Shown: positions 37,101 to 49,100 of the stretch, in pieces
Layout of the letters: every line of letters begins with the position of its first letter
How positions within the stretch are numbered: position 1 is the stretch's first letter
Program-made: the position numbers and the translations under genes
The notes under the pieces: model-generated
Told to the model about the DNA's origin: nothing
What the model saw: the letters and a program-made list of their open reading frames with translations, nothing else
Databases searched by the model: none
Source: Hypanus sabinus
Lineage: Eukaryota
NCBI RefSeq assembly: GCF_030144855.1
Contig: NC_082724.1
Span: 72,602,001 to 72,666,000 of the forward strand
Length of the DNA stretch: 64,000 nucleotides
Reading direction: 5' to 3'

Positions 37101-40100
37101 TTTGTTGATGTGTACCTGGCATGTAATCTAAATGCTGCATTGGTTGGAGTAGATTAGTTAGATCTTCCTTGCTTCCCAGTTAAATAGTCAACCAGTTTCT
37201 AATAATGCACAATTTGAAATCTGGGAAGTTTTATCAAACTTTAAGTTTAAGCGAAATGTACATTCTCTTTTGGAAACACTAGCTGCCAAAAGTTTAAATA
37301 ATAACATCATACTGCATTTAGGTCATATAACTACTTAATATAACTGTTACATCATTCTGTCAGATCCTCTTCCACTTTCTTGCCCAGCCTCCAAATCTCT
37401 TTCTGTTAAGGCCAAAAAAAACTATCAGTCTGTTTCGCTGGGCATGCACATCTTCTGAGGTGGATAATTCCAAACCCTCTGAATGCAGGAATTTCTCTTT
37501 TAACTTGGTCCTCATTTAGAGATCGTGCCCTCTAAATCTAAGACTGTGCAACCAAGGAAAAATACTTTATCCAAGCTTTTATCTATGCAAGTACATAGAA
37601 CTCCTAAATCCTTTTGTGCAACAACTTTTCCTGTTTTATCTTTGTAGCTGCCTCAACCATTTTGGCAACTTATTCCCTAGATTCACTGCCTGAAAAAGTT
37701 GTCCTATGGGTTTATTTTAAATTTGCCCCATTCACCCTAAGTATATGCCCCTAGTTTTAGACTCCTCCAAGAATGAGGTTAAACTTCATTTCCTTACATT
37801 TAAGAAAGAAAGACCTAGTTCAGATGATCACTCAGTCACTTTAATACCTGTAACATACTTGTAAATCTTTTCTGCGTGCTTTTTCAATGTAACCACATCT
37901 TTCCTATAACAGGGTGACCAGAACTGCATGTAATACTCCAAGTAGAGTCTCACCAATAACTTGAACATATCATACTCCTGCCTGAGTGATGAAGGTCAGC
38001 ATGCTGACAATGTAATGCTGCTTTTAATCAACTATGCACTTGTACCACCAGGCCCCTCTGTTCTCTTACACTCCCTAGAGCTCTACCCTAAGTCCTGTTC
38101 TGGTTTGACTTTACAAAGTGCATCACCTCACACTTATGTATGTTGAAATCTATTTGCCACTCCTCAATCCACTTACCTAACTGATCAAGATTCCCCTTGT
38201 AATTATGATAACCTTCACTATCAAAGCAACACCATCCACAGATACTGTTCAAGTCTTGTGATTTGCATCCAAATCAATTTATATAATTAATGAATAACAA
38301 GGGTCCCTACACCAACTCCTGCACTGTACCACTAGTCTCCAGCCTCTATTTTGACAAACAGCCTTCAACCACCATCCTCTGCTTCCTACCACCAAGACAA
38401 TTTTAAGTTCTCTTAACTAGTTCTCTCTAGATTCCATGGACCTAACCTTCAAGATCAGCCTACCATGTGGGAACTTGTCAAAGGCCTTGCTCAAATAGAC
38501 AGCCTCCACAGCCCTCTCTCATTATACTTATTTGGTTACCTCGACAAAAACTGATTTGTCGAGCTTGACTTTCCATGCTCAAAGCTGTACTGACTCCTAA
38601 TCGAGACTGTTTACCAAAATGCTGGTAAATCCTGTCCCTCAGAATTCCTCCAGTAGCATTCCCACTACTGATATCAGGCTGACAGGACTGTAGTTCCCTG
38701 GCTTGTCTTTGCTACCACTTTTAAACAGAATAACATTTGCCACCTTCCATTCTTCAGGAACTTTGGCAGTAGCTAACAACAAAACAAGTATCTCCACAAG
38801 AGCCTCTGCAATTCTTCTAGCCTCCCACAAAGTCTAAGGATGCACTCGGTCAGGCCCTAGGGATTTAATCACCTTAATGTGCTGTAGGGTTACAAATTAC
38901 TCCTCCCTGGTAACTTGAATGGCCTTCACTTGTTTCCCTTGTCTCTTGAGCAACCATGATTTTCTCCTCAAAAGTTGAGGAGAAATGTTAATGAAAAATC
39001 TCACCTATCTCCTGCGGCTTGAGACTCAAGTGACTTTCCTAATCTCTAAAGGAGCCAACTCTTTCCTTAGCCATCCATTCACTCTTAGTTTATCTGTAGA
39101 ACCTCTTGGGATTTTCCGTAGCATTACTTGCCAGGTGCATGTCATACCCTTTATAGTTGCTCATCTGGTTAAGTGTATTCTTAAGCTTTTTATGGTCATC
39201 AAGGGATTTACTTTATCCTGACCTCCTAAACCCAATGTATACAGTACTCCTGTCTTTATCTTGACCAGAGCATTGATATTTCTCAATAGTCAAGTTTCCC
39301 TGAACTGGCCAGGTTTAACCTTGGACGTGACCCATATTTTTCCATCACTATATTAAAACTAGCAGAATTGTGGTCACAAGCCAAAGTGCTCCCTGACTGC
39401 ATTTACTGGCCCTGCCTCATTCCCTCAGAAGTTATCCAATGTTATATTCTCCTCAAAAGGGTTCTCTTTTTGTTGACTTGGCAGAGCTTCCTGGATACAT
39501 TTCACAAATTCCACCCTGACCAGTGCCTGTCGATACTGGGCGGAAATTAAAATTGCCCACTAATACAAACATGTTATTCTTAAATCAATGAGCAGTTTCT
39601 CTACACACCTGTTCCTCAATTTCCCGCTGACTTTTGTAGGGGTATCTGTACTATAACCCCACTAGAGTGATCCTCCATTTGTTTCTAAGTTCTACCCATA
39701 CGGCCTCTTGTATAACATGAGAATGGCACATCTCATCCCTCATGTCTTAAATTAGTTTGGTTCTCTCTGTAGTGTCATTTACCTGCTACATAATAAAGTC
39801 ATTAGCCACCTCTTCCCCCCACCCCCACCCATTTCGTCTGTATTCTTACAGCATGCTTTTTTCTCTCACACGTGAGCATCAGCTGCCTTTGCTTTTTGAT
39901 ATTTTGATATAGTAATAATTTACTGAAAGGCAGAAATGTGCATGGTCATGGAAAGAAGATGCAAACTCTACACAGAGCAGCAGGGTTGGGATCAAACCTA
40001 CCATGTTCCTGGAGCAGTAAGGCAGCAGCAATGATGTGCCACCTTTTTCATATGGAATAGGTCAACGATGTATATACAATGAAGCTCAATTTTACCTCAT

Positions 40101-43100
40101 TAAATGAATAAAAATGCCAATGTCAAAGATCTGAAACTAAAGTAAAAATATGCATTTGGTCAGTCAATAACAATAACCCTCTGTTTATAGAGTGGTTGTG
40201 TTGCTAGAAAACAGTCCATGTCACGGTTTTCCATTAAGTGAATCATTTACTCCCATTAAATCCCGTGTTATAAAGGGAGATGTGTTCTTATGGAAGTTCT
40301 CCTCTGAAGAGTAAGGCCACCACAAGAATGCAGTCTACATGGAAGAGAATTTTGATTGTATTATAGGCCAAAGAGAAAGGATTGTTACTTTAATTAACTA
40401 GAAGTGGTGTTACATTGTTTCAGTAGAAGAGATTGCCTGATCAGTTTCCAAAACAAATCCCTTAAGTGATTCCCACTACAAACTGGCAGCCTGCACTCAT
40501 GGTCCTCATAAACTCTGGAGATTTTTCTCCCACATCGATTCCATGAGAACAATTTTGTATTCTGTACCTGTAGTGATTTGTGAAATCATTGAGGATGAAT
40601 TTCCATTACCCACATTACAGAAGTACAGGGGAACACTGTAATATGATTTATTCAAATTTTGGATATTTGCATAGAATGCTAACTGTTCAAGGCTAGATTA
40701 TTAAAACTGTCTTGTCTTCACTGATTGTATAAGGGCATAGCAGTTCACAGTGCCAGCTAGAAGATCAGGGTTGAATTTTCTGCCACTCTGTAAGAAGTTT
40801 GTACATTCTCCTTGTGACGGTGTGCAAATCCTCTGGGTGCTCTGGTTTCTCCCCACATCCCAAAGACGTTCAGTTCGCTGTGGGTGTGCTATTTTGGCAC
40901 CAGAAGTGTGGTGATACTTGCAAGCTGCTCAGCACACTTTTCATTGATTTGATGCATTTCACTGTATCTTTCAACATCTTGATGTCCCCGTGACAAATAA
41001 AGCTAATCTTAGGTATTTCCAGTATTTTTAAAAATTTGTTTTTGTGATCCCATCAGCATTAATCAGTTTTCTCAAAAAGACATCTTGGCAACAGCAGCTT
41101 AGCAAAAATGCTTCCTCTATATTACTTCTCTTGCATACAGGTAACCCAATGAGGCAACATTATTGATGGACAAACTCTGTAATTTTAGCCTGGGGATTAT
41201 GCCTAAATCCGAATCAGGTTTAATGTCACTGGCAGATGCTGTGAAATTTGTTGTTTTACAGCAGCAGTACAATGCAATACAAAACAAAAACTATCCATTA
41301 CAATAAGTATGGGAAAAAATTAGTGAGGTAGTGTTCATGGGTTCATTGTCTATTCAGAAATCTGGTGAAGGAGGGGAAGAAGCTGTTCCTAAAACCCTAA
41401 ATGTGTGTCTTCAGGATCGTGTACTTCCTCTCTGATGGTAGTAATGAGAAAAGGGCATGTCCTGGGTGATGTGGATCCTTAATGATGCTTTCCACCTTTT
41501 CGAGCCATCGCCTTTTTGAAGGTGTCCTGCATGCTGGGGAGAATAGCAAAGAATAATCTTCTAACGAGAGTGAGGATTTTTTTTAACCACTTTGTAACTG
41601 TTATTTCTGTACTTTCCCACAAACGCCTTCATTGGTAATTTTGCATGTGGTATCTTTATTTTTAATAATCCTTTGTATAGTTATTTGTAAATACCACATG
41701 TTTTCAGTTTTGAACAGGTTGAAGTTTGTACCCATTACGGTTTCATATTGTTAATTTTAGGCAGACGAGATTGAAAAGATCCTTTGTCACAAATTCATGA
41801 GGTTTATGATGATGCGAGCAGAGAATTTCTTCATCCTCCGGAGAAAAGCTGTTGAGGTAATCATACTACCTAGAATTTTCACTTTATTTGGTTTCTTTTC
41901 ATTGGTGCAAGTGATTGTAAAAATAGGTGAAGACTGAGAACCAGTAGTTATTCTGTTTGTGGCATTTCTTTAATTTTGAATTCTTTATCCACCACCCAAA
42001 TTCTAATTCCTTTCTAAAAGTTGATACACATTGCATTCTGCTGCAAGAGTTCAGCTGCTTGAAAATATGGAGTTTAACCTGAACATCGTGTATGAATGTT
42101 GTTTATCCTATCGCAAGTAGATCCTTTCCTTCACAATCATATTCTGTCTTGTGAAGGGAATTTATTTCCATTTATGTTGAAGAACTTCCCGCAGCTTTTT
42201 AATGTGCTTGGCTTTCTTAGCGAGAAAACAGGAGGCACATATCTGTAGTCTTCTGTATCCAGCGATCAGCAAACAATCTGAATACAGTTCATGCCATCAT
42301 CTTTATCCTGGCACTGAAAGCATGAAAAATTTGAAACTTGACTGCAAAATCTCAGATAGCAGAATCTGAGCTGTGTGTAGCTGATTCAGAATCAGGCTTA
42401 TTATCCAAGATGGAGATCACAGCATCACCATATGCTGCAGGATTTGCACACATGTAGCTTTATTCTCCCTTCAGCAGTGTACATAAAAGGCATTGAGCTC
42501 AACTGAATTGATAAACCATTTTGCATGCAGAGTGACTTCCTTACTGACAATGTGGCTGAGAGGACTGCATGGTGCAGTGAGTCGGCAGTTACATTTAATC
42601 TCTAGGAAATGGATTTGAGCCAGTCTTGTACAAATTCATCAAGAGCTCTAATAAGAAAGTATTATGGTTACTATAGTTTTGGTAGGAAGTATCTCGAATT
42701 CCAGGTTATATCTGGTGAACAGATTATCTGCAAATACTTGGAGAAATTTTTCCTACCATCTCAATTTGCTAGATAGCTAACAATGTCAGTGACTACACTA
42801 AATGAAACTCTTGTTTCCTCTCTTGGCAGGGTTACGATATCAGCTTCCTGATCACCAACTTCCACACTGAACAAATGTACAAACACAAGCTGGTTGATTT
42901 TGTCATCCACTTCATGGAGGAGATTGATAAAGAAGTCAGTGAAATGAAACTGTCATTAAATGCCAGAGCTCGCATCGTTGCAGAGGAGTTCCTCAAAAAT
43001 GTGAGTTTTTCTTTCCTCTAAATTTGCCTGAAGCATAAAGCATAGAAATTTGCAGTATAGCTGCTGAACTCATCGGAGCCTGAATATTGCTCCTCTGATA

Positions 43101-46100
43101 TTTTACTGGTCGGTTAGTGTTACTTAAATAACGTGAGTCAGTCTTTCTGCTGGCTTGACTTTGCTGTTTGTGGTTTTTGCCTCTCTGACAGGATGTGTTC
43201 CTCAAATATGCTTCACTTCTCCTTTGGTGAGACTATGCTTTGAACATTAAACATATGTGGTGATGCTGTTTAAAAGGAAGTGTTCTAAAATAGCCCAATG
43301 ACTTGTTTAACGTCTGCAGTTGTAACAAAGCAGCATTCATTCCCTATGTACAATTATGCTGATAAGATAATTCTTCTCACAGAGCGCCATGGTAGCATAG
43401 CGAGTAGTACAACATTATTACAGTTTGGGGTGTCGAGTTCGGGAGCTCAATTCTGATGTCATCTGTAGGGAGTCTGTACGTACTCCCCATGGAATGTGTG
43501 GGTTTTATCCGGGTGCTCCAGTTTCCTCACAGCTAGGTTAATTGGTCAGGGTTAGGTTTAAATCAGGGGTTGCTGGGAAGTGCAGCTGGAAGGGCCTGTT
43601 CCATGCTGTAAATAACCAAAATTATGTTGATGGGACAGCATGGAATAGGCCCTTTTAACTCTTTGAGCCAGGTTGTCCAGTGACCCCTATTTAACTCTAG
43701 CCTAACAGACAGACGTACTTTATTGATCCCGAGGGAAATTGGGTTTTGTTACAGCCGCACCAATCAAGAAATATAGCGATATAAAACCATAAATAATTAA
43801 TAATAAGTTAATCATGCCAAGTGGAAGTAAGTCCAGGACCAGCCTGTTGGCTCAGGGTGTTTGACACTCCAAGGGAGGAGTTGTAAAGTTTGATGGCCAC
43901 AGGTAGGAATGACTTCCTATGACGCTCAGCGTTACATCTCGGTGGAATGAGTCTCTGGCTGAATGTACTCCTGAGCCTAACCAGTACATTATGGAGTGGA
44001 TGAGAGTCATTGTCCAAAATGGCATGCAACTTGGACAGCATCTTCTTTTCAGACACCACCGTCAGAGAGTCCAATTCCACCCTCACAACATCACTGGCCT
44101 TACGAATGAGTTTGTTGATTCTGTTGGTGTCTGCTACTCTCAGCCTGCTACAACAGCAAACGTGATAGCACTAGCCACCACAACCTCGTAGAACATCCTC
44201 AGCATCGTCTGGCAGATGTTAAAGGACCGCAGTCTCCTCAGGAAATAGAGATGGCTCTGACCCTTCTTGTAGACAGCCTCAGTGTTCTTTGACCATTCCA
44301 GTTTATTGTTCATTCGTATCCCTAGGTATTTGTAATCCTCCACTATGTCCACACTGACCCCTTGGATGGAAACAGGGGTCACCGGTGCCTTAGCCCTCCT
44401 CAGGTCCACCACCAGCTCCTTAGTCTTTTTCACACTAAGCTGCAGATGATTCTGCTCGCACCATGTGACAAAGTTTCACACCGTAGCCCTGTATTCAGTC
44501 TCATCTCCCTTGCTGATGCATCCAACTATGGCAGAGTTATCAGAAAACTTCTGAAGATAGCAAGACTCTATGTTGTAGTTGAAGTCCGAGGTGTAGATGG
44601 TGAAGAGAAAGGGAGACAGGACAGTCCCCTGTGGAGCCCCAGTGCTGTTGACCACTCTGTCTGACACACAGTGTTGCAAGCGCACGTACTGTGGTCTGCC
44701 AGTCAGGTAATCAATAATCCACCTGCATCACTGTCAGCTTCTCACCCAGCAGAGCAGGGCGGATGGTGTTGAACGCACTGGAGAAGTCAAAAAACATGAC
44801 CCTCACAGTGCTCGCCGGCTTGTCCAGGTGGGCATAGACACGGTTCAGCAGGTAGATGATGGCATCCTCAACTCCTAGTCGGGGCTGATAGACGAACTGG
44901 AGGGGGTCTAAGTGTGGCCTAACCATAGGCCGGAGCTGCTGCAGAACAAATCTCTCCAGGGTCTTCATGATGTGGGAGGTCAATGCCACTGGTCTGTAGT
45001 CATTGGAGCCACTGGGGTGCGGCGTCTTCAGTACAGGAACGAGGCAGACGTCTTCCACAGCACAGGAACCCTCTGGAGACTCAGGCTCAGGTTGAAGACA
45101 TGGTGAAGTACCCCGCATAGCTGGGGGCACAGGCTTTGAGCACCCTGGGGCTGACACCATCCGGACCTGCAGCCTTGCTTGGGTGGAGACGTTTCAGCGG
45201 TCTTCTCACCTGTTCAGCTGTGAAGCCCACCATGGTGGTTTCAGGTGAGGGAGGGGTGTAGTCACAAGAGCAGGGTGGGGGGCTGTGAGGAGGGGTAAGA
45301 GGGGAGAGTGGAGTATGTGTTGGTTGGGGGCCGACAACAGATGAATCGTGGGGGATGGGCAGGGGCCACAGTGTCAAATCTGTTGAAGAACAGGTTAAGT
45401 TCGTTGTCCCTGTCCACACTGCCTTCAGCTCCTCTGTTGCTGGTTTGCCGGAACCCAGTGATGGTCCTCATCCCACTCCAGACCGCTCTCATGTTGTTCT
45501 GCTGGAGTTTCCACTCAAGCTTCCTCCTATACCTGTCTTTAGCCTCCTGATCTTGGCTTTCAGGTCCCTCTGTATTGTCCTCAGCTTCTCCCTATTTCCA
45601 TCTCTAAACACCCTCTTTTTAGCATTCAGGATGTCCTTAATGAAGGGACAATTTACAGTGACCAATTAACCTACTTACTGGTATGTCTTTGGACTGTGGA
45701 AGGAAACCGGAGCATCCAGAGGAAACCCAAACCATCATGGGGAGAATGTACAAACTCCTTACTGACACCAGCAGGAATTGGTATTGTAAAGTACTGTGCT
45801 AACCACCACACCCTGTGGATTGTTTCCTTTAATCTCAAGGAGGTTAAAAAGAAATGGGATGTACTTATTTTATTGCCAGACTACGTTCGGACAATATGGG
45901 TCATCTCTGTGCATTTGTAATGCAGGAAAAAGATGCTAGAGTAAAGATTCATCATATTGATACAGGGCTATTAGTTTTAAATTTTAGAGAAGTTTACATA
46001 GAGGAACTTGTATTATCTGGGCAGATTTGAAGGGATCGTGTAATTGATAAAGGGAAGCAAAATGATAGAGCTGAGGATGAGCCAGCAGGTTTACAAGTAG

Positions 46101-49100
46101 ACGATGGGTGTAGCATGAATGTAAGCCAATGATTGGATACAAATGCAGACTGAGCAAAGAGTTAAATTGTACCACAGAGGCAAAATTCAAAAGAATGAAG
46201 AATGCAGAACGGAAGATGCTGTATTTAAATGCGCGTGGCATTCGGAGTAAAGTGGACAAACACAGGGTGCAATTAGAGATTGGTTGGTGTAACATTGTGG
46301 GCATCACACATTGTGTGGCTGAAAGAAGGACATAGTTGGAAGCTTAACGTCAAAGGATATACTTTGTATCAAAGGAAGGCATAGGGGTGGTGTGGATCTA
46401 TTGGTAATTGATGGAATTACATCTTTAGAAAGAGGTGACATAGGGTCAGAGAATGTTGAATCTTTGTGGGTGGAGTTAAGAAACTGCAAGGGTAAAAAAA
46501 AACATTATGGAAGTCATATATAGGCCTCCAAATAGTAGCCAAGGTGTGGGATTGAGATTGCAAAGAGAGCTGGAAAAGCCTTGTAATGAGTGTAATGACA
46601 CAATTGTATTGGGGGACTTCAATATGCAAGAAGATTGGGAAATTAAGGTTGGTGTCAGATTGCAACAGAAGGAACATGTGGAATGCCTATGAGATGGCTT
46701 TTTGGAGCAGCTTGTGTTTGAGCCTACTAAAGGAAAAGCTATCTTAGATTGGGTTTCAGAGGTACATTTAATGTCAGAAATGTATACAATATGCATCCTG
46801 AAATGCTTTTTCTTCACAACCATCCATGAAAAGAGAGGAGTACCCCAGAGAATGAATGACAGTTAAATGTTAGAACCCCAAAGTCCCCCCCCCAGCTCCC
46901 CTCCCTCCACATAAGCAGCAGCAAGCAACAGTTCCCCTTCCCCCCCCCCACCAACATAAAAGAGCATCGGCACCCACCACCAAGCACTGAAGTGTAAGCA
47001 AAGCAACAGCAAAGACACAGTTACCCCAAAGACTTCACGTCTCACCCAGTATTTGACATACCACAGGCTCTCTCTTTCTCTCCCCAAGGAAGAAAGGGGT
47101 GTCCCCATTTCACAGTGAGAAGGGGAGACATAACAAACAACTCTTTGGTCTACGATGTTAAAAGTCCATTGCGTCGCTTTTTATGAGCCCTGTGCCCAAA
47201 GATCTCTGGTCTCTGGGCACAGAGTCTTAGATCTTCCATCTCCCACGACACACTGATCTCCTGCCCGGACCCTGACCTCTGGTCCCTCGTATCCAGAGCC
47301 ACGAGATCTCGGTCCTCAAAAGGTGAGCGAAGCCTAATAACAGCCATTCCTGTGAAGAGCCATAGTCAGTGTGTAACTCCAGGTCAGGGTCTTCAAAAGA
47401 ACCCTGAAAGGGGAAAATAGAGATATTAAAGATGGAAATAGAGCTATTTCTGAAGATGCAAGCAAAGGAGTCGCCATTAGGTGCCATAGATTCTCCTAAG
47501 CTCCTCCTCCAGGGTGTTATGTAACCTAGATCGTATTAGGAAGCTTAATGTAAAGGAACTTTGAGGATGCAGTGATCATAATATAATTGAATTCATACTG
47601 CAATTAGAGAGGGAAAAGCATAAGTTACATGTATCAGTATCGCAATGGAATAAAGGGAATTAGAGAAGCATAAGAGAGGAGCTTGCCGAGGTGGATTGGA
47701 GGAGGATACTAACAGGAATAATGGCAGAATACAGGTGGCTGAAGTTTCTAGGAATCGCTCACAAGCACAAGATGGATATGTTCCGCAGAAGAAGTTTGCA
47801 ATTGGTAGGGGCAGGCAAATGTGGCTGACAAGGGAAGTTAAGGATTGCACAAAAGCCAAGGAAAAGGCATATAAGGTGGCACAAGTGAGTGGGAAGTTGG
47901 ATGATTGGGAAGCTTTTAAAATCCAACAAAAGGCAACTAAAAAAGTTATAAGAAGGGAAAAAATTAAATATGAGGGGAAAGTTGGGCAATAGTATAAAGC
48001 AGGATACTAAAAGATGGTTTTTGTAAAGGGTAATCTTGCCTGACAAATCTGTTGGTATTCTTTGAGGAATTAACAAACAGGCGGACAAAGGAAAGGCAGT
48101 GGATGTCATTTACTTGGATTTTCCGAAGGTATTTGATAAGGTGCCTCATGTGAGGCTGCTTAACAAGATAAAATCCTAAGCTGTTACAGGAATCACACTG
48201 GCGTGGATAGAGGAATGACCAACAGGCAGGAGGCAGCAAGTGGGAATAAAGGGGGCCTTTTCTGGTTGGCTGCCAGTCACTAGTGGTGTTCCTCAAGCGT
48301 CAGTATTGAGATTGCTACTTTTCACATTGTTTGTCAATGATTTGGACAATGGCTTTGTGGCAAAGTTTGCAGATGATACGAAGATAGGTGGGAGGGGTAG
48401 GTAGTGCTGAGGAAGCAATGCAATTGCAGCATGATTTGGACAAATTGGAAGAATGGCCAAAAAAGTGGCAGATGAAATACAGTGTTGGGAAATGTATGAT
48501 AATATCTTTTGGTAAAGGGAACAATAGTGCGGACTATTATCTGAATGGGTAGAAAATTCAAACATCAGAGGTGCAAATGGACTTGGGAATCCTCGTGTAA
48601 GACTCCCAGAAGGTTAATTTACATGTTGAGTCTGTGGTAAAGAAGGCAAATACAATGTTGGCATTAATTTCAAGAAGGATAGAATATAAAAACTAGGAGA
48701 TAATGCTGATGTTTTATAAGTCACTAGTCAGGCTGCACTTGGAGTATTGCCAACAGTTCTGGGTCCAGATCTCAGAAAGGATGTGCTGTCATTAGAGAGA
48801 GCCCAGAGAAGGTTCAGGAGGATGATTCCGGAAATAAAGGGATTAACATATGAGGAGCGTTTGGCAGCTTTGGGCCTGTACCCACTGGAATTTAGAAGAA
48901 TGTGGGTGGGGTGGGAACTCATTGAAACTTACCAGATGTTGAAAAAACTAGATAAGGTGGATATGGAGAGTTGATTCCTGTGGTGAGGGTATCCAGAACT
49001 AGAGGGCACAGTGAGATCAGTGTTGTCCACAATTTCATACCAACCATCTCTAGTTGTGCCACGAGTTTGTCCACCTTATTCTGACCCTTGGCCCTGCATT